Shown here one piece after another: positions 1 to 13,214 of a DNA stretch of 64,000 bases (within the stretch, counting starts at the first letter, position 1; each line of letters begins with the position of its first letter). The notes under the pieces are model-generated. The model was not told where the DNA came from. It did not search any database and was given only the letters and a program-made list of their open reading frames with translations. A program made the position numbers and the translations under genes. The stretch is from Lama guanicoe (lineage: Eukaryota): the NCBI GenBank assembly GCA_013239625.1, contig MU056050.1, positions 4,783,366 through 4,847,365 on the forward strand. The letters are read 5' to 3'.

Positions 1-900
1 CCTAGTCTACAGGTTGTCAAGTTGGGAAATAAAAGAACACAAAGAAATCCTATAAGAATTATTCAAGTCAATATGATAGATTAACCACAGCAGGGACAAA
101 AACCTAAGAAACATAAACAATAAGGAAAGCAAAACAGAGCAATTAATCAATTGATGATTTAGAAAATAGCAGAACTAATAAATCAATTCAATTTCTGGCA
201 CATGCAAAATATATATTAGAAATACCTCATTTAATGAATGAAAAAGTGGAAAGTATGAAAATATGCAAAATAGAGAAGATAATGTTAAAACAACTGTTAC
301 AGAGAAAAATAATCATAAGTAGCTACTTTTTGTCAACTGTTTACAGATATACTTGAAAACCTGGATGATTTGGATTAGTTTACAGGAAAATATAAATGAC
401 TAAAACTGAACTCAAAATAGAAAGAAAACTGTAAATGTCCAATTTCCATAAAGTAAACTTTTTCAAAGAATTAACTGCCCCCCCCAATCACTTAGCCTAG
501 AGAAAAGCCCTAAGCCTGCATGATTTCACAGGGGAATTCTATCAAAATCTTAAAATGATATAACTCTTGTACTATATTAACCACCATAGCAGATAGAAAA
601 AGAAGGAAAGTCTTTAAACACTTTTATGATAGCATTCATACCAAACAGAGAGAGAAGACAAAATTAAACTATAGCATATTTTAATATCATTACTAAAGCA
701 TAAATGTTACTAAACAGTCATGTTACAAAGATTTAAAGATTTACAAAGATTATGCCTTAAAGATTCTTGGCAGGGATGTAACAATGGGTTAATGGTAGTA
801 ATTCTATTAATATAAATTATATTTTAAAAAGTGACAAAAATCATAAACATTATAGTTGCTGAAAAGTGATTTGATAATATTCAACATCATTTTAGATAAA
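1..900 (+). mobile_element. Old L1 ORF2 fragment
   Basis: Degenerate L1 ORF2 motifs, e.g. aaagccctaagcctgcatgatttcacaggggaattctatcaaa and tttgataatattcaacatc. Confidence 0.75.
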
Positions 901-956
901 ATAGAAGTTGACATACTTAACAGTACTTCTGTCTATATCATTTTCTATCCTACTAG

Positions 957-1725
957 AAAGAAGAGTTAGCTGTACTTATGTCAGACAAAATAGACTTTAA
1001 ACTATATGTGGTCAAAAGGGGCAAAGAAGGTCATTATATAATGATAAAAAGGGGTCAGTTCATCTAGATGATATAACGGTTGTAAATATCTAGGCACATA
1101 ACATCAGAACACCTAAATATAAAAAGCAAATACTAACAGAACAAAAAGGAGAAATAAACAGCAATACAGTAACAGTTGGGAACTTTAATACTCCACTCTC
1201 AACAATAGATAGATCATCAAGACAAAGAAAAGATAGGACACAAGGGATTTGAACAACACCATAGACCTAGTGGACCTAACATACACATACAGAGCATTCT
1301 AAGTTTGTATTAGCCGGTGAATGGATAAAGAAAATATTTATACATACAATGGAATATTATTCCACCTTTAAAACGAAGTAAACCCTGTCGCATGCTACAA
1401 CATGGATGGATCTTGAAATTGGCCAGTTGTAGAAACACAAATAATGCATGATTCCACTTAAATGAGGTGTTTCAATTAGTCACATTCATAGAAACAGGAA
1501 GAAAATGGTGGCTGCCAGAGGCTGGGGGGAGAGAGAATTGAGAAATTGTTACATGGGTATAGATTTTTAGTTTTGAGAGATGAAAAAGTTCTGGAGATCT
1601 GTAATACAACTGTGTGAATATACGTAACACTATTGAACTGTACACTTAAACATTGGTGAGATGGTAAACTGTATGTTATGTGTTCTTAACCACAATTTAA
1701 AAATTTAAAGTTACTTAAAAAAAAA
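957..1725 (+). mobile_element. L1 with ORF2 endonuclease segment joined directly to an L1MA/MB-type 3' UTR and A-tail
   Basis: tcagacaaaatagactttaaa...acagagcattct, then atggataaagaaaat...aaccacaatt and poly-A. Confidence 0.75.
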
Positions 1726-3250
1726 TGATTTCCTCCTAAGATCAGGAAGTAGAGAGAGATGTCTGCCCTTGCTACTTCTCATCACCATTATACTGGAAGA
1801 TCTAGCCAGGGTAATCAAACAAGAAAATAAATAATACAACACATCCAGATAATAATGAAGAATTAAAATGATCTATATTTGTAGGTGACATAATTTTTCA
1901 TGTAGAAAATTATAAAAATCTAGAGATAATAAAGAAGTTTAGTGAAGTTGCAGCATACAAGATCAGCATACAAAAATCAGTTGTATTCTGTACACCAGCA
2001 ATGCAATATCTGAAAGAGAAATTAATAAAACAATTACATTTATATCATGTAAATAATAAAATACTTAGGAATAAACTTAAGCAATGAAGAATAAGACTTT
2101 TACACTGAAAACTACATAACATTGCCAAAAGAAGTTACAGGAGACCTAAGTAAATGTAAAGGTTTACCGTGTTCATGGTTTGGAAGATTGAACGTAGTTA
2201 TGATATTCCCCCAATTGTATCTGTGCATTCAATGCAGTCCCTACCAAAATTCCAGCTGCTTTTTTTTGAAGTAATGGTAGAGCTCATCCTAAAATTCATA
2301 TGAAATTTCAAGTCACTGTGAATAGTTGAAACAGCCTTGAAAAAGATAAAAAGAATGGAAGTAGTCACACTTTCTGATTTCAAAATGTACTACAAAGCTA
2401 CAGTAGACAAACCAGTGTGATACTGGACTAGGGATAGACATATAGACCAATGAAATAGAATTAAGTATCTGTAAATAAATCCATACCTCTATGGTCAATT
2501 GATTTTTGACAAGAGTGTCAAGACTGTTCAATAGAGCATGACTAGTACTTTCAAAAAATTGTGCTGTGACAACTGGATATTTACTTGCAAAAGAAATTGT
2601 ACCTTTGCCTCCCATCATATGCAAATATATACGTTTGTATATATACACAAAATAGATGAAAGACCTAAATGTATGATTTAAAACTGTAAAACTCTTAGAA
2701 GGGAACATACTTGTAATTTTGCATTACCGCGGGTAGGTAACAGTTTCTTGAGTACTGTAGCCAAATCAAAATAGCAGAAGAAAAAATAAATTGGATTTCA
2801 TCAATATTTAAAACTTGTGCATCAAAGGACACTATTAAGTGAAAAGACAACTCACAGAATTGGAGAAAATATTTGCAAACCATATATCATAATAATGTAG
2901 TTTTATAGAATTGATAAATTGATAAAACTCAGCAAAAAGTAACTCAGTTTTTAAAATGGGCAAAGTACTTTAACAGTTTCACCAGAGATATTTAAATGGT
3001 CAATAAGCACATGAAATGAACTGAAATTCAGTAGTCATTAGGGAAATATAAATCAAAAACACACTAAGATACCAGTTCACATCCAGTAGATTGGCTTGAA
3101 TAAACATAAAACAAACAGAAAACAGCATGGCTTGGCATGGATGTGAAGAAAATGTATCATTCATACATTGCCTGTGCAAATGTAAAATACCTCAGCTGCT
3201 GCTAAAATAGTTTATACATTCCTCACAATATTAAATGAAGTTACTATATG
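1726..3250 (+). mobile_element. Old L1 ORF2 RT/C-terminal region; appears to resume at ~7835
   Basis: L1 ORF2 motifs: ctaagatcagga, atacaagatcagcatacaaaaatcag, gggaaatataaatcaaaaacac. Confidence 0.85.
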
Positions 3251-5177
3251 CAACTATGTTTGTTACAATATACATACATAGACACAATGTAAACATACAG
3301 AAGCAGGCAGATCTCATACTTTTAAAACTTTTAGCCTTGAGACAAATATGGTAATGTAAAACTCACTACTTTGTAAAAAGAGCTCTTGGATCCCAAATGT
3401 GTTCCTGGCAAAGGGAATAAATCAAGATTACCTGCTCAGATGGTTCAAACTTTCTACTAATATTTGTGGCAAAGACTTTTAAGATTTTTCATTTCCCTAG
3501 TTTCCAAATAGCCTTTCCTTTTTTCCCTTCTGTTAAGAATTACCTCCCTGTAGTTTGCCTTTCAAATAGATGGCCTAGGTAAGAATTCCTAGAAAAGATG
3601 GGTAGAACAATTACATGTCAAAAGCACAGGGAAAAAAAAAAAACTCAAGTTCCTGCAAGGGCTTTAGTTTCATAAGTCCATAATTTTACAATACTTGTAA
3701 GCCCTTTAAGATGAATAGGAGATGCTTTGGGATTGGCAAAAAGGTGGGTGTTGAATTGATTTTAGAGATACATTTCTGTTCTTGTAAGGAATCAATTTAA
3801 AAACAAGGACAGTTGTTTTTAATTCCTCAAATAATTGGGCTGCAACCTGAATGACCTCAAAGGGCTGATCCACCCACCTAACTAAATCATCTTCAGTTTA
3901 AAGATTAGGGGAAAGATCTTCCACTTGTATGAAAATCAAAAGATTCCTCTGTTCTAGATTTAGAGCTGTTTGTCTTTGGAATGTTTTTCTTTCCCTCTGG
4001 GTACATAGTTTCGTTCAGCTTAGGGGAGAGTTGCTAGAACAAGTTCCTATAAGGCTCTGAGTATCAGCTTCCAGTTTGGCCAACTTGTGACTATAGGACT
4101 ACTTTAAAATAATCCTTTCAAATATCTTATCAGATTTCAGCCAGGACAACCAGTAAATATTCCTGGCAGTACTGAACGATCCTTTTGATGCAAAACGTAT
4201 CCCCAAAGAAGGTGCAAAAGATACTACCCCTCACCCCCACCACCAAAGATGCCTTTGGGAGCCACTCCCAGCGTAGCCAAAAGAAAATAAGATCTAGACC
4301 ATTCCTCTGAGAGCTAGCAACAGTCAGTAGGACCCTAGCTGCAAATGAAGTGCAACTCACAATTCTGCCCAGCCATACTTTAAGGGCTCCAACTTGACCA
4401 TTGCCAAGCCAAGTTCTCAGTAGAGAATATGAGACAAACAATAAGGTAATAGCTATTCTTGGAAGAGAAAGGATCATTAATTAGTTGGCCTGGATTTGGA
4501 AAGAAGGAGCAACCTGAAATTTTACCTTCCTCTCTTGAGTGGGCATAGCAGACAGAGATCTGGGAGAGGTGAATCTGGTGAGAGTTCTTACCCTTCACTC
4601 ACTTCTTCCAGTTTTCCCAGGATCCCATCTTCAGGGTCCTGAGCTAGTCAAGTTAAAGTAGTAAGTTTAGCTTCAGTATCTACCAGAATTTGGCAAAGTT
4701 TTTGATTAATTTTGATTTTATTTTCCCCTTGGCTGTTTGAGAGAATAACTGGTAACAGTTCACCAGAGAATCCATCTGAGTCTAGTCAACTCTGATAGGT
4801 ACCCATATTTTGAGGATAGATATGGGGACATCTGTAAGCCACCAACCTGGTGGACTTTTTTGTTTACAGTCTTGTAGTCTCTTCAGAGGGAAAAGGCAAT
4901 TTGGACAGGGGATTAGTAGACTGTGAGTACTCAGTTAAAGGAGGGGAGAGGAGGGGGAGGAATCATGTCAGCCTACAGTCTTTTGTTTTAGATACTTCTT
5001 GTGGGTGTTTTCATGATTAGACCCTTGCAGTGAATCTTTCAATTAAGCTATTTTAGAATCTTGAATTCTTTTGGAGGATTCTGCATGCCAGTTAAAATAG
5101 ATATCCCATTCTGTTTAATTTTGGGCCCTTTACACTCAAGTGTACTTTTTAAATAAATGATCTTTTCTCATTGGAAT

Positions 5178-5670
5178 TGTAGGGGAAGGAAAAATTTCCC
5201 TTTACCCCTTCTGAGTTCTTCGGCTAGTCTAATAATTAAATTGACATGAGGCAGTTTAACAGGAGTAGAGCGATTTATTTTTGTATGTACAAGAGCCCCA
5301 TAAAAATATGAGACTCCAAGAAGTGACCAAAGCAGGGAGCTTTTATACCTATTAGACAAAGTAACAATAAATGAGTGAAGAATTGACAAGAAAAGAGAGT
5401 TTAGGCTTGGGGGTAGTAAGTTAGTGAAGTAAAAAGGTTTGTTTATACAGCTTTCTTACACTAAATTCCCTGTTTCTAGTGATAAGGATACCCTCTATCT
5501 TTCTGATACAGGGAGGGTACCTGTCATTGGAGATTTAGTTCCTGCTTTCAAGGAGGCAAAAGATGGCCAGAGTGTCCTTCTCACACTGGCTGCTTCTCAA
5601 GTAACTTTAATTCAAAATAATCAGTTTGCCAAAGTGGCATATTTTGGGTGGCATAGTCTACTCCCCTTCA
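5178..5670 (-). mobile_element. Solo ERV1 LTR (MER34/MER39-like)
   Basis: Minus strand starts tgaaggggagtagactatgccacccaaaatatgccactttggc and ends ...cccctaca; 4-bp TSD gaat/gaac. Confidence 0.8.
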
Positions 5671-6020
5671 GAACATTTCCCATAATGGCCATTGTAATTC
5701 TCAATTGTCTAAATTTGATTTTGCAGTTTCTGTGATTTATAGCTTCCAGGACCACAATTCCTAGACCTAAAATAATAGATATTTCAGTTTTCTGAAACTC
5801 GAGGATCTCATTTCTTTAGCTAAGCATTGGGTCTCAGCCAAATTAATACCTAATTGGGATGTGGCACTTGATTAAGGATTTTTGTGGTGTTTTATAGTGT
5901 ACCTCATTGCTTGGAGCTTTTCTTGAGATTGGCTGGCAACTTAACTTTTAATCTGTGCTGTGACCAGTTTATCCTAGCACAAGGTCTTAGAGTTAAGTGG
6001 CAAGCACTCTAATATCTTTT

Positions 6021-6505
6021 ATTTATTTAAAAAAATTGAAGTATAATTGATTTACAGTATTATATTAGTTTCGGGTGTACAGTATAGTTTTGAGTATTTT
6101 TTCAGATTATACTCCATTATAAGTTATTATAAGATAATGCCCATAATTCCCTGTGTTACACATTATACTTATTGCTTATTTATTTTATACATGGTAATTT
6201 GTGTCCATTTATCCCATACTCCTAATTTGTCCCCCCTCCCACTTCTCTCTCCCCTTTGGTAACCACAAGTTTGTGTCTGTATCAGTGAGTCTGTTTCTGT
6301 TCTACATATACATTAATTTGTATTATTTTTTAGATTTCACATATAAGTGACATCATACGGTATTTGTCTTTCTCTGCCTGACTTATTTCACTAAGCATGA
6401 TATTCTCTAGGTCCATCTACGTTGCTGCATGTAGATGTATTTTTGGTGTGTTCATGGAGGGAGATGAGCTCCACATCCTCTTACTCTGCCGTCTTGATCT
6501 CTCTC
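6021..6505 (-). mobile_element. Bipartite L1 derivative (5' terminus + 3' terminus)
   Basis: L1 start motif caagacggcagagtaagaggatgtggagctca fused to the L1 3' end and A-rich tail; TSD ctctaa(t/c)a(t/g)ctttt followed by aa. Confidence 0.8.
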
Positions 6506-7214
6506 CTCTAACAGCTTTTAAGTCCTCGACTTATGCCTACCAACTTTGCAGCTTTGGCTTCCGAGATACCCATTAGCAATAGATCTACTGTTCCTTTCAG
6601 GAAAAGATTTCTTTATAGTGGCAGATACCCGAATGGCTTTTAATACTCTAGCTAGTGCCTACTTAGCCTTTTATGTGTCATTGGTCAAAACAGTCTGAAT
6701 TTCTCGCCTTAATTTATTTCCCCAGTCCTTTAGCAGTTTATGCTGTGGACTTACCTCAAGGCTTTGTGAATTCCCTAACAGCTACTATCTTGATTTCTTA
6801 GATTGAGTTGTATCTATTATTTTCCCTTGTTGAAAGAATCCTCCCTAATCCAACCAGATTTGTGTTTCTGGCTTCTTGTACACAGTTCCTGAGACCTGTC
6901 AGGACACCCAGAAGTACCTACCTTGTAGATGAGGTTGGCCACAAACCCAAATGCTGTGGTCCAGTTAAGTATCACCATGAAAAATCTGGAGTCTCTCAGA
7001 CCCCCCAGTATTACACCTGGAAGAACTGGGACAAACAGCAAGAGCTCAAATGCAAAATACACAGTGCTTGATCTGAGAGAAGCTTACTAGTGATCCAGGA
7101 GTTCAGCCTAGGAGGCAGTGAACCAAACGGGCTCTGTGGTATCTTCACTTGCATCCAGGACCTGTACCTGAAATCTTCAGCAGCTGTCTTTGTGTCCCAT
7201 ATCATTGTCAAAAC

Positions 7215-7834
7215 TGTCAAAAATGACAAAACTTTAGTAATGAGTTTGATGTCCCTTATTCAGGGAAAAACAATCCATGGATTGGGGGAGTACAGTTTCT
7301 TATAAGCAATGGAGCATTGTTTCCAAGGGATTTGGAGAAGAGTGAGTTTTATAGAGAGGTAGAAGAGGCAGTGCTGAAACAGGGCATGATTGGCTGGGAG
7401 GTTGGGAATTTCCTTTTGTTAAATAAAAGTATAGTTGATTTTTAGTGCTATCTAGGTTTTGGGTGTATAACATAGTCACAGTTTTTAAAGGTTATAGTCC
7501 ATTTATAGTTATTATAAAATATTGACCATATTCACTGTGTTGTACAATATATCCTTGTAGCTTATTTATTTTACACATAGTAGTTTGTATCTCTTACTCC
7601 CCTTCCCCGTTCTCTCTCTCCCTGGGTTTTCTTTATAAGGTTAGCACATCCTATTTTTAGGGTAAGGTGAGTTCACTAAAGCTAAGTTGGAGGATTGTGA
7701 TTGGTGTTTGTTAGGTTTCCTTGAGAAGTGTTTCCCCTAAGTGTTGACTGACTTAGGTTTAGATTTGTGATGTGGGCTGGGCCCCTGGAGTGGCCTTCAT
7801 TCTTTGGGTCCTGATATGCAAGTTAACTTTATCA
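7215..7834 (-). mobile_element. ERV 5' LTR, interrupted by a short L1 3' end (~7415-7620)
   Basis: TG...CA termini on the minus strand; adjacent PBS-like sequence at 7195-7210. Confidence 0.6.
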
Positions 7835-8159
7835 ACTCCAGTCCCAGAATCCTTCCTAGGATATACATTATATTGTATCATATTATATTTTATTACAATA
7901 TATTATAAAGTATATTTAAAACACATACACAATATATAAATATATTTTGTATGTAGTGTTTTTGAGATTCATTTATATAAAGATTAACAAACAATATCAA
8001 GCTATATTATATTAAATATTTAAAACAAATATACTGGAGAAATAATATAATACTAAGCAATAATGTGTTACACCTAAGGAAGACATACAAATAATACACA
8101 AAATTGTAGAAAATAGAAAAATAAGGAACTATTTATATCATGTTTCATGAGGCCCGCTG

Positions 8160-9015
8160 CCACTTTGTAAACTTCCCTGAGACTTATGTACCAAGGAACT
8201 TAGGCATCTTTCAGTCAATAACAAGCAAGAAACTGGGGCTCTTAATCCAGTAACCCTCAAACAACTAACTCTTCCCAACCATCAAGTGAGTGAGCTTGGA
8301 AATCAGTCTTTCCCTAGTTGAATTTTGAGATGACTTAAGAACTGGTTAGCATCTTTGCTGCAGTCTGTGACAAATACTCTGAAACAGATGACCAGGTTAA
8401 GCTGTGTGTATATTCCTGATCTACAGAAACTGACATAATAGGTAAATATATTTAGGCTATTGTGATGGTTCATTTTATGTGTCAAAACTCCATTGACTGG
8501 TCACAGGGTACCCAGATTAAACATTATTTCTGAGGTGTGTCTGTAAGAGTGTTTCTAGATGATATTAGCATTTGAATGATAGGCTCAGTAAAGTAGAGGG
8601 CTCTCCCCAGTGTGAGTGGGCAGGCATCACCCAATTCATGGGGGACCTGAATTGAACAAAAGACAGAAGAAGGAGGAATTAGCCCCCTTTTTTCTTCCTG
8701 TCTGATTACTTGAGCAATTGATCTTCTGCCCTCTGAGCTCCTGGTTCTTAAATCTTTAAATCTGCACTGGAATCTACACACTGACATCCCTGGTTCTCAG
8801 GCCTTCAGACTAGGACTTGATTTACACCACTGGCTTTTCCAGGTCTCCAGCATGCAGATGGCAGATTGTGGGAATTTTCACTGTCTGTAACATGAGCCAA
8901 TTCCTTAGAATAAATCTCTTTCAGAAATATTTTATTGTTTCTGTTTCTCTGGAGAACACTGGCTAATACAGCTAAAAAGCATTGGTGTAAATTGTTATAC
9001 AGCAATACATAACAT
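8160..9015 (+). mobile_element. MLT1-type MaLR LTR fragment split by an MLT2 LTR
   Basis: MLT1-like text on both sides of 8461-8970, ending ttgttatacagcaatacataac. Confidence 0.6.
8461..8970 (+). mobile_element. MLT2 (ERVL) solo LTR
   Basis: tgtgatggttcattttatgtgtcaa...ggagaacactggctaataca; 5-bp TSD gctat/gctaa. Confidence 0.88.
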
Positions 9016-9029
9016 CTAAGAACATTATG

Positions 9030-10410
9030 AGTAGGTGAAATTATATGTCAATCTTCCCCTTGGACATCGATGCAGTAACATAAACAAAGTATTAGTAAAC
9101 CGAATTCCACAATATAAAGAGCTAATATACTACAGTCGAGTTGGGTTTATTTTTAATACAGGGTTTCTTTAGGTTTTGAAAATTGGTTTCCCACAGTATC
9201 AGAATAAAAGGGGAAAGTCATATACTCATTTTTATAGAGTGTGTATTCTTGCAATGATAGAATAATGGATCAGTCAAACATAATGGAGAATGCAAAAACA
9301 AACTCATAAATATGTGGACACAATTTATAACAGAGTTCATACCATAGTGCAGTGGGGAGAAGATGCTGTTTTTTATAAAATGATGCTAGTTCAACTACAT
9401 GGAAAATTTTTAGTGAAGCAAAAGATACTTGATCTTTGCCTTATACTTCCCTCTCCACACACAGCATATGGATTCTAGATCTGAGTGCTAAAGGCAAATA
9501 ATAAAGCTTTTGGAAGATAACACGGAGTGGGGATAGCTTCATGATGAGTAGGGAAAGCAATAGATTGATATTTGTAACTATATTAAAATTAAGAACTTTT
9601 GTTACTTACCATTAAATGAATGAAAATATAAGCCATGGAGTGAAGGAATATATTAATAATACCAATACTGAACTCATATCCAAAGTGCAAAATTATTTTT
9701 AGAAAAAGGGTAGAAAACAAAGTAGAAAAAAAAGATGTTACATAGTAAGGTAACCAAATCACCAGTATGCATGAGGAAAGGCACTTAAACTCATTAATAA
9801 GTAGCAAAATAAAATTACTGTCATATACCACTCATACTCATCAGAATGGAAACATTGAAAAGATTGACAGTTTCAAGTATTGTGAAGATATGGAGGAACT
9901 CTCATATGCTGTTGGTGAGAATGTAAGTTGTTACGTCTCTCTAAAAAATAATGTGTCAATATATATAAAAGTTAAAAATACGTATGTCCTGTGCCCCAGC
10001 ACATACATTTCTAGGCATGTATCTTGCATATATTCTCATACGTATGTAAAACATACCGTGGTATTCACTACAGCATTTTTATAGCAGCATAAGACTGAAA
10101 AAAAGTGTTCATCAGTGGGGATTGGTCACATAAATTCTGGTACTTCTGTGCAATATAAACTACAATTATTGAAAGAAATGAGGTAGTTCTGTATATACCA
10201 ATGTAAATTTATATGCAGGATATGTAAGAAAAATAGTAATATGCAACGGATTATGTATTTCTTAAAAGTGAGATATCTATAGATATTTCTTTTGTAAAAC
10301 TTTTATTTAAAAAATGGATAAAAATAGTTGCCTCTAGAGAAGAAAACTGGTGGTAAAAGAGTTTGTATCTTTTGTATCATATGCATTTATTATCTATTCA
10401 AAAATAATTT
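9030..10410 (+). mobile_element. Ancient L1 (L1M) ORF2 and 3' fragments
   Basis: Degenerate ORF2 motifs (gagttgggtttat; gaactctcatatgctgttggtgagaatgtaa). Confidence 0.7.
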
Positions 10411-10754
10411 TTAAAAGAACTACAGAAAAGACAGGAAGTAGTAGCTAATGATGCATTACTTTGATTATAAAGGGGACCCTCTGAAGTAGGACACCTGTAG
10501 GTACTATTTATTGCATGATATTGAAAATAAGCACAGTGTCCAGAATTTATAGTTGTCTATGAGATGCTTGATAAGAGTTGTCTGGTTTGAAATATTGCTC
10601 CCTTATGTGTTTATTCTTTATCATAATGCATTTCTTAACATAGCTGCTCATACAGAATGGTGGGGAGGAGTGAAGCCAGGGGAAGGGGATTAAAAAATTT
10701 AGGCTGAGATCATAGATGTTCTACTACCTTGACCAGAGGATTAGAATAGTTTAC

Positions 10755-10921
10755 TTAGTTACATTGGGGAGAGTTCCTGTATTTTTCACTCCTATTTGTA
10801 TATGCATCTTCTGCATTCTGGCTTCAAACTGTGTAATAGTTGCACCTGCTATTCTTAAAATGCATCTAAAGATTGAATGGCGAACTAAATAGCCACTTGA
10901 TTTTGCTGCTGAGACCAATGA
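10755..10921 (-). pseudogene. Candidate exon, 167 bp, phase 0-2: SLVSAAKSSGYLVRHSIFRCILRIAGATITQFEARMQKMHIQIGVKNTGTLPNVT (or terminal exon ending K*)
   Basis: Acceptor cacctgcag, donor AA|gtaaac; 55 open codons in phase with the 17771 donor. Confidence 0.6.
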
Positions 10922-11921
10922 CTGCAGGTGTATGTAATTTTGCATCCTAATTCTATCTCCTCTAAATTACCGCCAAATACATGTCTTTTAAAATCTGAAT
11001 TTCTGAGGTAAGTTGGGAGGAGCCTATAACTTTTGACAGGAACCGGAAATTTGATTTTCAAAAAGGATATGACATTGTGTGTTTAAAGGCTTTGGGGGAA
11101 AACCAGAGGTTTTATACCTAATGATAGACTTAAGAACTGCCTTCCATTATTTATACTTTTTTGAATTTTTAAATGTCTAAAAATTACCACAACTCCTCCT
11201 TCTAAGGTTATGAGTTTACTGCAAACAGTTTCTTTGTAGAAGAACTTAATTAACAAGTATAGGTGGGACTCACATTTGCAATGAGTATTTCCCTGAAGAA
11301 TTGTGAATATCCTGAATTTTGGAAAATTAAATTACATTTTACATGCATTAGGGGAGTTTTCTATTTAAGAACAATCTTTGATTTGTCATCTTATTTTATT
11401 AGGCTTGCTTAATTAAATTTAGCATAGTCGAGGTAAAATTACTCAGTACCTGGCATTGTTACCCACTACCAAAAGCAGCATTTAATTTAGTTTAAAGGAA
11501 AAGGAAAATCTTAGAGATGTTTGAACTTATCAATTTAGTCCACAAAATTGATTAGGTAGCTATTTGATGACAAAATCTGAAAATGAAACAAAGCAGCAGG
11601 GACTGTGGGAAGTACATGGGTGGTGCTCCTGGGGAGCTTGCACTGCAGAGTTGGAAAAAGTACAAACCAGTTTCCTTAGAACACAACAAGTGAAATATTT
11701 ATCAAGCAATGTTCAGGGTAAGTGATCAATGCAAAGTTATGTATTCAACATAGAACAGGGGAAAATACATAAATCAAGAAAATGAAAACTGGGTAAGTTA
11801 AACAGAAGCTACTTAGCAAGAGAAAGTTCTGTTCACCAAGAAATGAGTGCATACATAATAGTATCAACATGTCTACTTTCCTCTTCTTTCCTCCCCCTTT
11901 CATCTTCTCTCTCTTCCTCTC

Positions 11922-11964
11922 ACGCGCACATACACACAAACACACACACACACACACACACACA
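11922..11964 (+). repeat. (CA)n microsatellite
   Basis: Direct reading. Confidence 0.95.
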
Positions 11965-13214
11965 GAGTGTCTATTACTCCATAGTACCAATAAACAAAAT
12001 TGCAAAGATTATTTTTTTTTCCCTGATGAAACTTCCAAGTTTAGACTGAGTCTGTGCTCAAGACCTTTAAGAGCTTGAAAGCATTTTCATAAATTGTTCC
12101 CTGGTGCCTTTGACCTAATTTCTGGAAACTATTCGAAAACCTCAGGTGTCTGAATGCAAATTTTATCCTTACAGTTCATTAATAGCTCTATAAAAGTTAA
12201 ATATATGAGCTGCTACAAATTGAAACAGCTAAACTATTTGCTTAATGGATACATAGCCTGGGTACCATAATACTAAGAGGGATATAAGGTCACAGTATCA
12301 ATTTCACTTGCTCATTTATTTTTTTTTCCCTTCATCATTCCTGCGTCTATGTGTTAAGGATGCAAATTTCTATTAGAATATATCAAACTAAAATAATGTA
12401 AAAAATAATGTAACAAAATAAAAACCACTGTTTTCGTCAAGGCCTAATTTGAGAAAATATATACTATTTATTGAATATTGGATCTACTCTTATGTTAAAT
12501 GCTATACACACATACACACACATATATATAATCTCATTTAGAATAAGACACAATAACTTAGATTATTACCATTTAATAGATGAAAACCAGTGGAAAAAGA
12601 CTCAACAACTTGTGGATAATTATGTGGCTAGTACACAATAAATCTGACTCCCAAACCATAGCAACTAACAGTGCTTGGAACACAGTAAATGCTAAATAAA
12701 TTGTGCATATTCTTATTTATTATAATTCATACTGATGCCATGAATTCATTCATTCAAATATACCAAAAGTAGCATTCAGCCATGACCTAAAATCTATTGG
12801 TCTGCCCTTCATCTCCATGGTATTGTTCTTCATTTCTTAATAAAATTAAATCCCATGATTAATTATTGTAATCATCCTTTTTTATTCACACTTACTTCGC
12901 TTTCTGTCTCCCCCTCCCTAAACTCAGTTGACCAAACCAGCCCTAACTATCTCTATTGTACATCAGCACTCAGTGTAGCTGAATGTGACTGGAGAAACAC
13001 ACACAACTCTATAGGCTGATGTTTCTGTAAATTTGACACCACTAAAGTCAAATGGATTCTTAATGCTGTCGTGTAATGGCAGCTCTGCTATCTGCTAGAT
13101 AACTACTTTACCTCTTCTCTCGCCTCATGTTCCAGTAGCTCCTCCCTAGTCTACTCTTCGTTGATGATCTTTCATTCTATTTCACTAAGGAAATTGAATT
13201 GATCATAAGAGAAT

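Larger units (their letters stand above)
3255..7214 (-). mobile_element. ERV1-class (MER4/MER34-like) internal sequence, interrupted by a solo LTR and an L1 derivative
   Basis: Motifs such as cagagatctgggagaggtgaatctggtgagagttcttaccc; abuts an LTR through a PBS-like sequence; no intact gag/pol recognised. Confidence 0.6.
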
